A stretch of 53,405 nt of DNA, taken from a virus (lineage: Duplodnaviria; Caudoviricetes). The stretch's first letter is position 1; every line of letters begins with the position of its first letter. Under the pieces are notes generated by a model. That model saw only the letters and a list, made by a program, of their open reading frames with translations, did not search any database and was not told the DNA's origin. Position numbers and translations under genes: made by a program. The DNA lies in IMG/VR virus record IMGVR_UViG_3300020593_000094, positions 1 to 53,405 of that record. The stretch is one strand, 5' to 3'. Shown here in pieces: positions 1 to 8,592 of this stretch.

Positions 1-2726
1 CCTTCCGCCACCAGCGCCTTCAGCTCCTCCAGCTTGCGGAAATACTCCAGGCCCTGCTCGCTGCCCTCGATCTCGAAGCGGTAGCCCTTGAGCATCGAGC
101 CGTGCCCCGCATCCAGCTGGACCACGTCGTAGAACTGGCCTTCGTAGCCGCTCTTCAGCGCCTTGTAGAAGCGCTCGGTGTAGTCGACCAGCAGGCGGAC
201 CAGTATGTCTTCCTGCTTGCGGACGTCGGCATAGCCGGTGATCGCCAGCTCGCTGGCCGGGATCAGCAGCGTGTACCAGTCGGCCGGCCCCTGGCAGAAG
301 TCCATCAGCTTCTGCCGGTCCAGGCGCAGGTTGCTCCAGCCCCGCTGCAGCTTGCAGTCCTGCAGTTCGACATAGATGCGGTCCCAGTCGAACAGGCCGA
401 ACAGCGCCGGGTTGAGCTTGGCGCGGTTGCGCGCCTGCGCCACGGAGCCCGCCGCCTTCGTGGTGCTCAGCGCCTCGATGCGCGGATACAGGTCCAGCGT
501 CACATGGGGCAGCTTGACCTTGCCGGCGAACGCCGCGGGCACTTCGTACAGCCAGGGGAAGTGGGTGCGCTTGAAGCCCTTCTGCTGGTTGTCCTTGTAG
601 CCGTCCTTGAGCGCCAGGGTCCTCAGCTTGCCCTGCGGCAGGTTCGCCCGGGTAGGGAGCTCCAGCTCGATCAGTTCGTCGCTGGGGGTGATCCCCTCTT
701 CCTTCAGGTAGTCCTTGAAGGCCGCAATGTAGTTGGCGCGTACGCCGAAGATGTTCAGGGTTTCCAGCTTGTCCAGGTGCAGGCCCTTGGGGCGTTCCTG
801 GGGGCTGGTGCGCTTGAGCGAGAAACCCTCGCCCTTCAGCCGCACGCCGCGGCCGAACAGCTGGATGATCTGCGAACCCTCGCCCTGCCCCATGTTGAGC
901 AGGCCCATGGTGGAAACCCGCCAGCTGCTCCAGCCCTCGGTGAACTTGCGCGAGCCGATCAGCACGTTCAGCCGGCTGTCCTTATGGTTCAGGGTGCCGA
1001 AGAGCGCGCCAGTGAAGTCGTCCGCCTCGCTGTCGAAGGCCGCGCAGGCCTCGGCCTGGCGGAAGAAGGCGGAGTCGTCGCCGATGTTGATCAGCGCGAA
1101 GGGCTCGCCATCGCCCACCCGCAGGGCCAGTTCGCCCTTGCTGCTGCGGATGTTGACCAGCTTCAGGCGCTGGCGGGACGGGGCGTTGAACACCCGCTGG
1201 AGGATATCGGCGTACAGTTCGTCGATCCTGTCGCCATAGCCCAGCAGCGGCGCGAAGCGCCCCTGGAAGATGTTGTTGCCCTTGGCGTCCAGCAGCTGCG
1301 CCTTGTCATTCACCAGGTCCGCCAGCCAGGCCTTGATCTGCGCCTCGCGGTTGAGGAACTCGGCGAGGAAGGTCACCACCTCGAGAATGTCGGAGTCTTC
1401 GTCCGCCACCTTGTTGCCGACGAACACCCAGAGCGGTTTCTCGATGTTGAAGTCCTGCAGCTGCTCGCGATGACGGCTCCACAGCCAGGTCTGCTGATAG
1501 AAGGCCAGCAGGCAGGCGGCGAAATACTTGTAGGCGTTGTCGCCCTCGGCGTAGGCCTCGCCGTTCATGTTGAGGATCAGCGAGTCCTTGCCGTAGCCAT
1601 CCTCGTAGAAGAACTTGTACGAGTAGTCGAAGAGGATGCACTTGGCATAGACCTCGCGGGTCGCGGTGATGCGCGCCTGGCGCAGCTCTTCCGCGGTCAG
1701 CGCCAACTGCGCCAACTGGTCCTCGTCCAGCTTCTTCAGGCTGGCGGTCTGGAACAGCATCTTCGCGCGCTTCTTCTTCAGCTCTTCCTCAGCCGCGTTG
1801 ACGGTCAGCCCCTTGGCCACCGCCTGGCCGAAGGTGGCCGAATACTCGAAGGCGAAACCACCGCGCACCAAGGCGTCGCGCCGGCTCATCCAGGCCCCCG
1901 CGGCCGTCCCGGTGCCGCGGTGGCCTTCGTCCACCAGCACCAGGTTGTTGCCTTCGAAGGCTTCCACCGCCACGGTCTTGTCGCCCATCTCGTCGCCGAG
2001 CTTGTTGATGTCGATGATCTCGATGGTGCCGCGCGGCGGCGTCTGGCTCTTGTTGAAGAACTGGGCGAAGCCGAAGCCGGACAGGTGCAGCTCTTCCAGG
2101 TGCTGGCGCGACAGGCCCTCGTTAGGTGTCAGCAGGATGACCTTGCTCGGGTAGCGCTCGCCATTGCCGGCCTGGAAGTAGTGCAGGTACTGCAGGATGT
2201 TGACGTGCAGCAGCAGCGTCTTGCCGCTGCCGGTGGCGTTCCAGAAGGCGATCTTGTTCAGGTCGTCGGCGTCGAAGTCGCGGAACGGGTCGGCGCCGGC
2301 CTCCCCGCGGTAGGCCGCCAGGGTTTCGTTCAGGCCATCGAGCAGCGCTTCGCGGCGGTTGAAGTACCAGTCCAGGTAGATCTCGCTGAACAGCAGCGAC
2401 AGGTACTGGAAGTACTTCATCTGCAGTTCGTGGCCTTCGCGCTTGTTGCGCTGGGCGGTGATGCGCTGCCAGTGCGCGACGATGTTCAGGTCGTAGCGGC
2501 GCAGCTCCGCCTCGCCGATGCGCTGCGGCTCGAAGAGGTTGCCAGCGAGCTCGTGGAAGAACAGCGTCTGGCCATCGTCGTCGATGCCTTCGTGGCGGTC
2601 GTCGCCCAGGCGCAGCTTCAGCGCCCCCAGGCTGCCGCCCTTGAAGAAGCCCAGCATCCAGCGGTTGAGCACCAGTTCCTGGTGGAAGCTGCGCTTGCCG
2701 GCCGCGCCCCGTGGTGCTCGCGCCAT
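1..2726 (-). CDS. res: Type III restriction endonuclease subunit (Res, SF2 helicase-like); C-terminus runs off the window edge
   Basis: Minus-strand frame starts at ATG 2726, overlapping the mod stop (TGATG). Reads MARAPRG..., with Walker A FWNATGSGKTLL, DExH motif VLVDEGHRG, FEYSATF and QLFGRGVR. Absent from the ORF track because no stop lies inside the window. Confidence 0.88.
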   Translation of the reverse strand, partial: MARAPRGAAGKRSFHQELVLNRWMLGFFKGGSLGALKLRLGDDRHEGIDDDGQTLFFHELAGNLFEPQRIGEAELRRYDLNIVAHWQRITAQRNKREGHELQMKYFQYLSLLFSEIYLDWYFNRREALLDGLNETLAAYRGEAGADPFRDFDADDLNKIAFWNATGSGKTLLLHVNILQYLHYFQAGNGERYPSKVILLTPNEGLSRQHLEELHLSGFGFAQFFNKSQTPPRGTIEIIDINKLGDEMGDKTVAVEAFEGNNLVLVDEGHRGTGTAAGAWMSRRDALVRGGFAFEYSATFGQAVAKGLTVNAAEEELKKKRAKMLFQTASLKKLDEDQLAQLALTAEELRQARITATREVYAKCILFDYSYKFFYEDGYGKDSLILNMNGEAYAEGDNAYKYFAACLLAFYQQTWLWSRHREQLQDFNIEKPLWVFVGNKVADEDSDILEVVTFLAEFLNREAQIKAWLADLVNDKAQLLDAKGNNIFQGRFAPLLGYGDRIDELYADILQRVFNAPSRQRLKLVNIRSSKGELALRVGDGEPFALINIGDDSAFFRQAEACAAFDSEADDFTGALFGTLNHKDSRLNVLIGSRKFTEGWSSWRVSTMGLLNMGQGEGSQIIQLFGRGVRLKGEGFSLKRTSPQERPKGLHLDKLETLNIFGVRANYIAAFKDYLKEEGITPSDELIELELPTRANLPQGKLRTLALKDGYKDNQQKGFKRTHFPWLYEVPAAFAGKVKLPHVTLDLYPRIEALSTTKAAGSVAQARNRAKLNPALFGLFDWDRIYVELQDCKLQRGWSNLRLDRQKLMDFCQGPADWYTLLIPASELAITGYADVRKQEDILVRLLVDYTERFYKALKSGYEGQFYDVVQLDAGHGSMLKGYRFEIEGSEQGLEYFRKLEELKALVAE

Positions 2727-5695
2727 CAGAGCGCCTCCACGGCGAACATGCGTTCGAGGAATTCCGGCTCGATCTGGCGCAGCTTGAGCTCGCGGGTGGC
2801 GCCGCCCTGCGCCGCGGTCTGGGTGAGCACCGAGGGAATGTTGTGGTCGCCGTTGAGGTAGATGACGTCGAAGCGGCTGTTCGCCGGGTCGATCGCCAGC
2901 TCCTCGCAGAGCCGGCTGATGCCCTCGTAGTCGAGGACCTCGCAGTCACGCCAGAGCACCAGGCAGCTTTCCCCGCCCGGCAGCGTGCCGGTGACCTTGA
3001 CGAAGCCCCGCTCCAGCTGCGCATCCACCTGGCCGACGCGCAGGCCGAGGAGGTAGTTGAAGGTCTCGACCAGGTCCACCGGGCGCCGCTCGAAGGCGCC
3101 GGCGGAGTCCACCGCGATGTCCATGGCGTAGTCGAACGGCTTGCGGAAATCGCCGATCGACAGCAACGAGGCGCGGCTCTCCACGTTCAGCATGTAGCGC
3201 AGCAGGTAGTCGTCCCGCGCGTGGTCCGGGAGGAAGCCGAACAGGTCGCCCACCGCCGGCGGCCGGGCCAGCTGGATGTTGTTCAGGGCGTCCTCGTAGC
3301 TCTCCAGCTTGAGCACCTTGAAGCAGCCGGACAGGCCGGTCTGCGGCGCCGTGGGCTCGCCATCCTTCCATTGCGCGGAGTAGATGGCCTTGATCGCCCG
3401 CGGCTTGGTCACGGTTTCGAAGTACTCGCCCTGCTCCACCAGGATGAAGCCGAGCTTGGGCTCCAGGCCGGCGGCCTGGGCCTCGCGCCGCAGCTCGATC
3501 ACCGCATGGGCGGTGGTGCCGCTGCCGCCGAAGTAGTCGAGCACCAGGGCCTGCTCGTCGGCCTGGACCGCCAGGGAGATGCACTTCTTCACCAGGTGGA
3601 TCGACTTCGGGAAGTCGAAGCGTTTCTCGCCGAGCATGTCGATGAGCAGGCTGTTGCCGTACTTGCCGGCGTCGAACTCGCCGCCGCTCCAGACGGTCTT
3701 GGGCACGGTCTGTTCATGGGTGACGAACAGGTCCCAGTCGTCGCCGACCTTGAGCGCCGCGACGCGCTCCAGGTTCTGGCGGATGGAGTCGAGGCCGAAG
3801 TTCCAGCGCCGCTCGACGCCGTCCTGGTCGATCGGCCACACCTCGATGCGCCCATCGGCCAGCAGGACGTTCCTGCCGGCCGGGTGGAAATCGTCGTCCG
3901 GCACCGTGCCGACGTCGACCACGCGGCCGTCCAGCACGTAGATCGGGTAGAACGACGGCCGCCGGTCGATGCGCCGGGAATTCTCGCCCCAGCGCCGCAT
4001 CTTGCGCGGGGTGCCGTTCTCTTCCAGGGTCCTGGCGATGCTCGACAACCCGTCGCGGGTGAGGAACAGCGCGTACTCGTGGGTACGGTTGAAGTTGCGG
4101 GTGATCGAGCCCTTGGGGTTGTGCACCACGGTGACCCGCGACAGCGTGTGCTCCGGCGCCACCTGCTCCATCACCTTGGACAGGTTGACCATCTCGGAGT
4201 CGTCGATCGCCACCGTCTTCACGCCGTCGAAGCGCAGCAGGCTCATACCCTTGATCAGGCGGTCCTGCATCAGGCTCATCCAGGACGAGTGCTTGTACTC
4301 GTTCTTGTAGAGGATGGGCGTGGAGTTGGTGTTGTAGGGCGGGTCTATATAGATGTACTTGACCTGCTCGCGGTAGCGCTCCTGCAGGAAGCTCAGGGCC
4401 TGGAAGTTGTCGCTGTGGACGAAGGTGCCGTTGACGCTGCCGTCCAGGTCGGCAATGGAGGCCAGCAACCGCGCCTTGAAGGCGGCGTCGTAGAGGCTGG
4501 TGTCGAGCATCCGGAAGGGGGCGTTGCGCAGGTCCTGCTCGGTGCCGTTCGCCGCGCCCGTCCAGAGCCCCAGCTGGCGCCACTGCTCCCACTGCCGGGA
4601 GTTGCCGACGATGGCCGGGTACAGCGCTTCCGGCACCCGGTCCAGGGTGATGCAGTAATGGCTGGAGACCACGAACTTCTTCTTCAGCCAGAGCTTCTTC
4701 TGGAACTCCTCCAGTTGCGCCAGGAAGTCGATCAGCTCCCGGGCGATGGCCCGCAGGCACTGCGTCATGCGCAGGCTCTTGTCGATATCGGCGATGGCCG
4801 TGGCGTTCTGCAGGTCGTCCAGGTGCAGGACTTCGTTCTTGATGTAGAAGTCCAGCTCGCCGCGCAGGAAACGCCCGAGGTCCTTGTGGATGAAGTAGTC
4901 GGCGGTGTTCTTGCTGGCGTAGTCGCTGAGGGTCTTCTCCAGCAGCGTGCGCTGCGGGTTCTTCTCGGTCGGCTCGCGCCTGGCCAGCTCGGCCCAGCGC
5001 GCCTTGACCGCCGCGTCGCCCAGCACGGTCTCGACGGCCTTGCCGATCAGCGTCTCCTGCTTGGTGCCCTTGGCCACCGGCCGGTATTCGAAGCGCAGCG
5101 TCAGCAGCGGCTGGCCGTCGGCGCCGTCGCCCTCCTCGATGGGCAGCAGCGCTTCGTCGTATTCGTGGCCGTGCTCGTCGGTGCGGCTCAGCGTCATCGG
5201 CTCGATCAGCGCGAAGCGGCGTTCCTTGTCGTTGTCCTTGCGGTTGTCCTTGGCGGTGTCGGCGGCCACCAGGCGGAAGTGCACGGCGCGGCCGTCTTCC
5301 AGGCGGAAGCTGTAGTTGGCGAAGTTCTCGCCGCTCTTGGTGTAGTACTGGTCCTTGTTGGCCCAGTGCAGCATGACTTCCTCGCCGGCGTAGGGGATGG
5401 CGTAGGTGTCCCCCTTGTAGCGGCGCTGGCTGACGAAGTCGCCGTTGTTGTAGTAACGGCTGAAGAAGGTCAGCAGGTGGCTGAAGACGGCGTTCTCGTG
5501 CTCGGCGCCATCGCTCCCCGCCAGGTGCTCCTGGATCTTGCGCGGCAGGCGCCGCTCCAGGTAGTCGTTGATCTCGCCGGCGCGGGCATTGAGGATGCGG
5601 TAGACGCCGAAGTCCAGCTCCGGGCGGTCGATCTGGAAGATCTCGCGCAGCTTGGCGACCAGGGCCTGGTGCTTGGGATTACGGATGTCGCTCAT
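2726..5695 (-). CDS. mod: Type III R-M methyltransferase subunit (Mod, beta-class N6-adenine MTase)
   Basis: IYIDPPYN catalytic motif precedes the DYFGGSGTT SAM motif. N-terminal ELDFGVYRI is typical of this Mod family. Start placed at ATG 5695 (MSDIRNP). Translationally coupled to res. Confidence 0.9.
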   Translation of the reverse strand: MSDIRNPKHQALVAKLREIFQIDRPELDFGVYRILNARAGEINDYLERRLPRKIQEHLAGSDGAEHENAVFSHLLTFFSRYYNNGDFVSQRRYKGDTYAIPYAGEEVMLHWANKDQYYTKSGENFANYSFRLEDGRAVHFRLVAADTAKDNRKDNDKERRFALIEPMTLSRTDEHGHEYDEALLPIEEGDGADGQPLLTLRFEYRPVAKGTKQETLIGKAVETVLGDAAVKARWAELARREPTEKNPQRTLLEKTLSDYASKNTADYFIHKDLGRFLRGELDFYIKNEVLHLDDLQNATAIADIDKSLRMTQCLRAIARELIDFLAQLEEFQKKLWLKKKFVVSSHYCITLDRVPEALYPAIVGNSRQWEQWRQLGLWTGAANGTEQDLRNAPFRMLDTSLYDAAFKARLLASIADLDGSVNGTFVHSDNFQALSFLQERYREQVKYIYIDPPYNTNSTPILYKNEYKHSSWMSLMQDRLIKGMSLLRFDGVKTVAIDDSEMVNLSKVMEQVAPEHTLSRVTVVHNPKGSITRNFNRTHEYALFLTRDGLSSIARTLEENGTPRKMRRWGENSRRIDRRPSFYPIYVLDGRVVDVGTVPDDDFHPAGRNVLLADGRIEVWPIDQDGVERRWNFGLDSIRQNLERVAALKVGDDWDLFVTHEQTVPKTVWSGGEFDAGKYGNSLLIDMLGEKRFDFPKSIHLVKKCISLAVQADEQALVLDYFGGSGTTAHAVIELRREAQAAGLEPKLGFILVEQGEYFETVTKPRAIKAIYSAQWKDGEPTAPQTGLSGCFKVLKLESYEDALNNIQLARPPAVGDLFGFLPDHARDDYLLRYMLNVESRASLLSIGDFRKPFDYAMDIAVDSAGAFERRPVDLVETFNYLLGLRVGQVDAQLERGFVKVTGTLPGGESCLVLWRDCEVLDYEGISRLCEELAIDPANSRFDVIYLNGDHNIPSVLTQTAAQGGATRELKLRQIEPEFLERMFAVEAL

Positions 5696-6120
5696 GACTT
5701 GGCCTTTTTCAATACCGCTGTATCTGTCCGGGTTCTGCGCCGGGAAAACGCACGCCGCGCCCGCAACCGGGTTCGCCACGGCGGGCTCGGACTATGCTCG
5801 GGATGCACGCGCCACCGGCCCGCGCCGCAGTGGCAGGGCACTTCGGCGGCAAACGACCGGGGTGGCAGGCGGAATCAGGATTCAGCTCCCTCTGCGATCC
5901 GCCAGGCAGTGAATCTCAACTGACTTGCGATTGGCAACCTGGGCCGCGCCCTGCCAATCCAAACTGTTGATCTTACAAGAGAAGCGAACCGTTCGCGACC
6001 GGTGGGGGGCGGGCTGCGCATAGGAGCAGGCGCGGGCCCCGCAGTGCCGGCATTGCGCCGGCCACCCCGGCGGACGGACGGTCGAGGACTCCCTCCAGCC
6101 CGGCCGTGCGGTGTCGGGAT

Positions 6121-7197
6121 TCAGGACTCCTGGGTACCCAGGGTGTCGCGGATGCTGTCGATCACGCCGCCATCCTTGATCACGTCGCGCAACCAGGCAT
6201 CCAGGGGCATGCCGCCCCACTTGATGGCACGCTCCACCAGGTAGGGGATCGGACTGTGCGGCTCGTGCTGGCGGAAGTACTGGGCGACGTTGCCCAGCAG
6301 CGCCAGGGCCTCCTCGCGGCTGCGCGGCATGCCGTTGATGGCCGGGACGGTGGAAGCCGGCGCCTCGGCGGGCGCGGGCCGGTTGGCCGGCGCGGCTTCG
6401 GGTTCGGCCTGCGGGGCGGAATTGGCGCTGATGTCCACGTTGCGCTCCTTGAGCAGGCGCTCCAGCAGTTGCTGGCAGCGGTGCAGCACGTCGTCGAGGT
6501 TGCGGAAGGAAGGCGCTTCCCGGCCGAACAGGCTGTCGGCCCTGGCGCCGAGCCCCTGCAAGGCGACGAGGCAGGCGCTGACCTGGGCATGCTGGGCCTG
6601 CAGGTGCGTGGTGTCGGTCAGCACCACGGAGCGCTGGAAGATTTCCGCATTGATCTTGCCGTCGTCCAGCGCGGCGCTGGCGGCATCGGCGTTCTGTCGG
6701 GCCAGGTTCTCCACCTGCCGCGACTCTTCGTAGCTCAGCAGGCTGTATTCCTGGCCCTGGGTCAGCGGCAGTTGGCTGGCCACCTCGGCCAGTGTGCTGT
6801 CGAGCCAACCCAGGCGCATGGCGCGCTGCTCGATACCTTCTTCCAGTTCAGGGAAAAGATTGTCCCAATACTCCTCCAGCAACCGCGTGGCCAGCGCCAG
6901 GCCGTGCTGCATGCCGGCGAAGCCATGGCGCCGGGCCAGGCCCTCGGCCAGCCAGGCGACCAGCATCAGGTCCTTGCTGCGGCGCGCGATGCCGTCCCCG
7001 GCCAACTCGATGACCTGCTCCCAATCCGCCTGCTTGAGGTCGGTCTGCCAGTCGCCCTGGGACAGATACTGCGGGTCGGCGCGGCGCGCTTCCTTGATCT
7101 GGTCGAACAGCTCGGAAAAGCTCAGGTCCTCGCCGGCACCGCCATCGATGGGGGCGGCCAGGAGATCGAGGGATAGTGAAGGGGGTAATGGCATCAT
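6121..7197 (-). CDS. tssA: T6SS protein TssA (ImpA family)
   Basis: ImpA N-terminal motifs (LLAPI..G..G.DL, ADW..V, SKDL) and C-terminal EPHSPIPYLVERAIKWG. Start moved to 7197 because a separate small ORF occupies 7211-7384. Confidence 0.92.
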   Translation of the reverse strand: MMPLPPSLSLDLLAAPIDGGAGEDLSFSELFDQIKEARRADPQYLSQGDWQTDLKQADWEQVIELAGDGIARRSKDLMLVAWLAEGLARRHGFAGMQHGLALATRLLEEYWDNLFPELEEGIEQRAMRLGWLDSTLAEVASQLPLTQGQEYSLLSYEESRQVENLARQNADAASAALDDGKINAEIFQRSVVLTDTTHLQAQHAQVSACLVALQGLGARADSLFGREAPSFRNLDDVLHRCQQLLERLLKERNVDISANSAPQAEPEAAPANRPAPAEAPASTVPAINGMPRSREEALALLGNVAQYFRQHEPHSPIPYLVERAIKWGGMPLDAWLRDVIKDGGVIDSIRDTLGTQES

Positions 7198-7210
7198 GGT
7201 GCGTGATATC

Positions 7211-7384
7211 TCAATCCGGTGAGGTGTCGCGCCGACCGAAGCGTGGTCTGCGGCCGTTGCCAAGCAGGGCGGCGATGCTGATGAGCAGCAGGATCAGGAA
7301 GGCATACTCGCCCGCCAGGTTGAAGAATAAATGAGCGCCGCAGGCCACTGACAACGCCAGCAAGAGGAAACCCACATTTTTCAT
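7211..7384 (-). CDS. Small 57-aa two-TM membrane protein (not in ORF track)
   Basis: MKNVGFLLLALSVACGAHLFFNLAGEYAFLILLLISIAALLGNGRRPRFGRRDTSPD*. GGAG lies 6 nt upstream of the ATG; two hydrophobic stretches and a basic tail. Confidence 0.6.
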   Translation of the reverse strand: MKNVGFLLLALSVACGAHLFFNLAGEYAFLILLLISIAALLGNGRRPRFGRRDTSPD

Positions 7385-7429
7385 TCCAGACTCCGGCAGC
7401 AGGTTGGTTCGAATGACGCATCGGCTGAC

Positions 7430-7681
7430 CTACAACTCCTCGACCTTTTTCCGCGCCCCTTTCTCGGTGTACAACCCCTTGTTTTCCGGCAACAGCTGGA
7501 AGCGCTTGATGGCGATGCCCATGTAGCCCTGATCACGAAGCCGCTTTATATCTGCCAGAGTCGTTTCAGAAGGTTTGGGAAACACACCTCGCTTGATCTG
7601 TATAAGGTCATAAAGTTGACCGCCTCCCCAGATCAAAAAAGCCAAAATGAAAAGTGTTGCGAACACTTCACCAATTGCCAC
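7430..7681 (-). CDS. Small membrane-anchored hypothetical protein in a low-GC insert
   Basis: 83-aa ORF with an N-terminal hydrophobic helix; AT-richer than the flanking T6SS genes. Confidence 0.6.
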   Translation of the reverse strand: MAIGEVFATLFILAFLIWGGGQLYDLIQIKRGVFPKPSETTLADIKRLRDQGYMGIAIKRFQLLPENKGLYTEKGARKKVEEL

Positions 7682-7924
7682 CAGCTTACCCTTCTGAGGA
7701 ACTAAGGATTCTTGACAAGCTCTTTTTCAAGCCAGTTCCCATAAATATGAAATTGGCTCCTGGCAACCCATAGTGCATCTGCGATGCTGGTGCCACACGA
7801 CATTGATCTGCCTGTTGCGATAACAACTCATATGCCCTCCTCGGGAGCGCCTACAGAGCAACGCAGAAGACCGAGACCTCCCGGCGGCCGAAGCCGCCGA
7901 GAGGCACATTGCAGGCCAGTCCTA

Positions 7925-8431
7925 TCAGGAATAGACCTTGTTCATCGAACGGTCCCAGCCGCCGGCGACGTTGCCGCCGCCCGCGCCATCGGCGCGTTTC
8001 TGCTGGGTGTAGGTGGTCTTGATGCGAGCGAAGTTGAAGGTCACCACTTCGGTCGGCAGATCGCCGGATTCGGCGTCGTTGGCGGCGCCGGTGTGGTTGA
8101 TCGAGGACACCACCACTTCTTCCAGGGTGATCTGGTAGTAGGTGACCTTGTCACCGCCGGCGCGGTTGACGTTCAGCACCACCTGCTTCAGGTGCTGGCC
8201 CTTGCAGCAGGCTTCGAAGAGCTTGGCCGAGGCCTTGTCGACGAACTTGCGCACGGTGAAGTCGCTCAGGTTGACGCGCTCGGAGGAGGCGCCGCCGGCG
8301 GAGCTGGCGGTGGCCGAGGTGGCCTGGGTGGCGCCGTAGTTGTAGCCGAGCACCTCGATCCAGTCCTTGTGCTTGTCGTCCAGGGCCTCCCCCGGAATGC
8401 CGTCGATCTTCAGGAAAGCATCAAATGCCAT
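7925..8431 (-). CDS. hcp: T6SS tube protein Hcp (TssD)
   Basis: MAFDAFLKIDGIPGEALDDKHKDWIEV ... GGWD signature. Start ATG 8431 is preceded by GGAGA. Confidence 0.96.
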   Translation of the reverse strand: MAFDAFLKIDGIPGEALDDKHKDWIEVLGYNYGATQATSATASSAGGASSERVNLSDFTVRKFVDKASAKLFEACCKGQHLKQVVLNVNRAGGDKVTYYQITLEEVVVSSINHTGAANDAESGDLPTEVVTFNFARIKTTYTQQKRADGAGGGNVAGGWDRSMNKVYS

Positions 8432-8592
8432 GTCGCATATCTCCATATTTAAGTGAGTCGGGCTTCCATCGAACTGCTCAGATCGTCGCCCTACGTTGAA
8501 ACCCCTATCCGTAGAGAGGCTCCGTCGGCACCGCGGCCATGCCTGCCGGCATGGCCATCGGTATTGCTTCCCGCCCGCGTCGGCGGCCCGGC

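Noticed and set aside
102-5923. Long plus-strand ORFs (102-2861, 2711-5923), and likewise 8539-11109 and 11797-15921
   Set aside because: Antisense shadows of GC3-biased minus-strand genes that carry the recognisable motifs.
5912-5960. AATCTCAA and TTGGCAACC upstream of mod, resembling the repeats at 50581-50638
   Set aside because: Single short match explained by a local GATTGGCA/TGCCAATC inverted repeat; no att core nearby.
7198-7263. Upstream start for tssA at 7263
   Set aside because: Overlaps the 57-aa membrane ORF, and TssA similarity begins only after ATG 7197.
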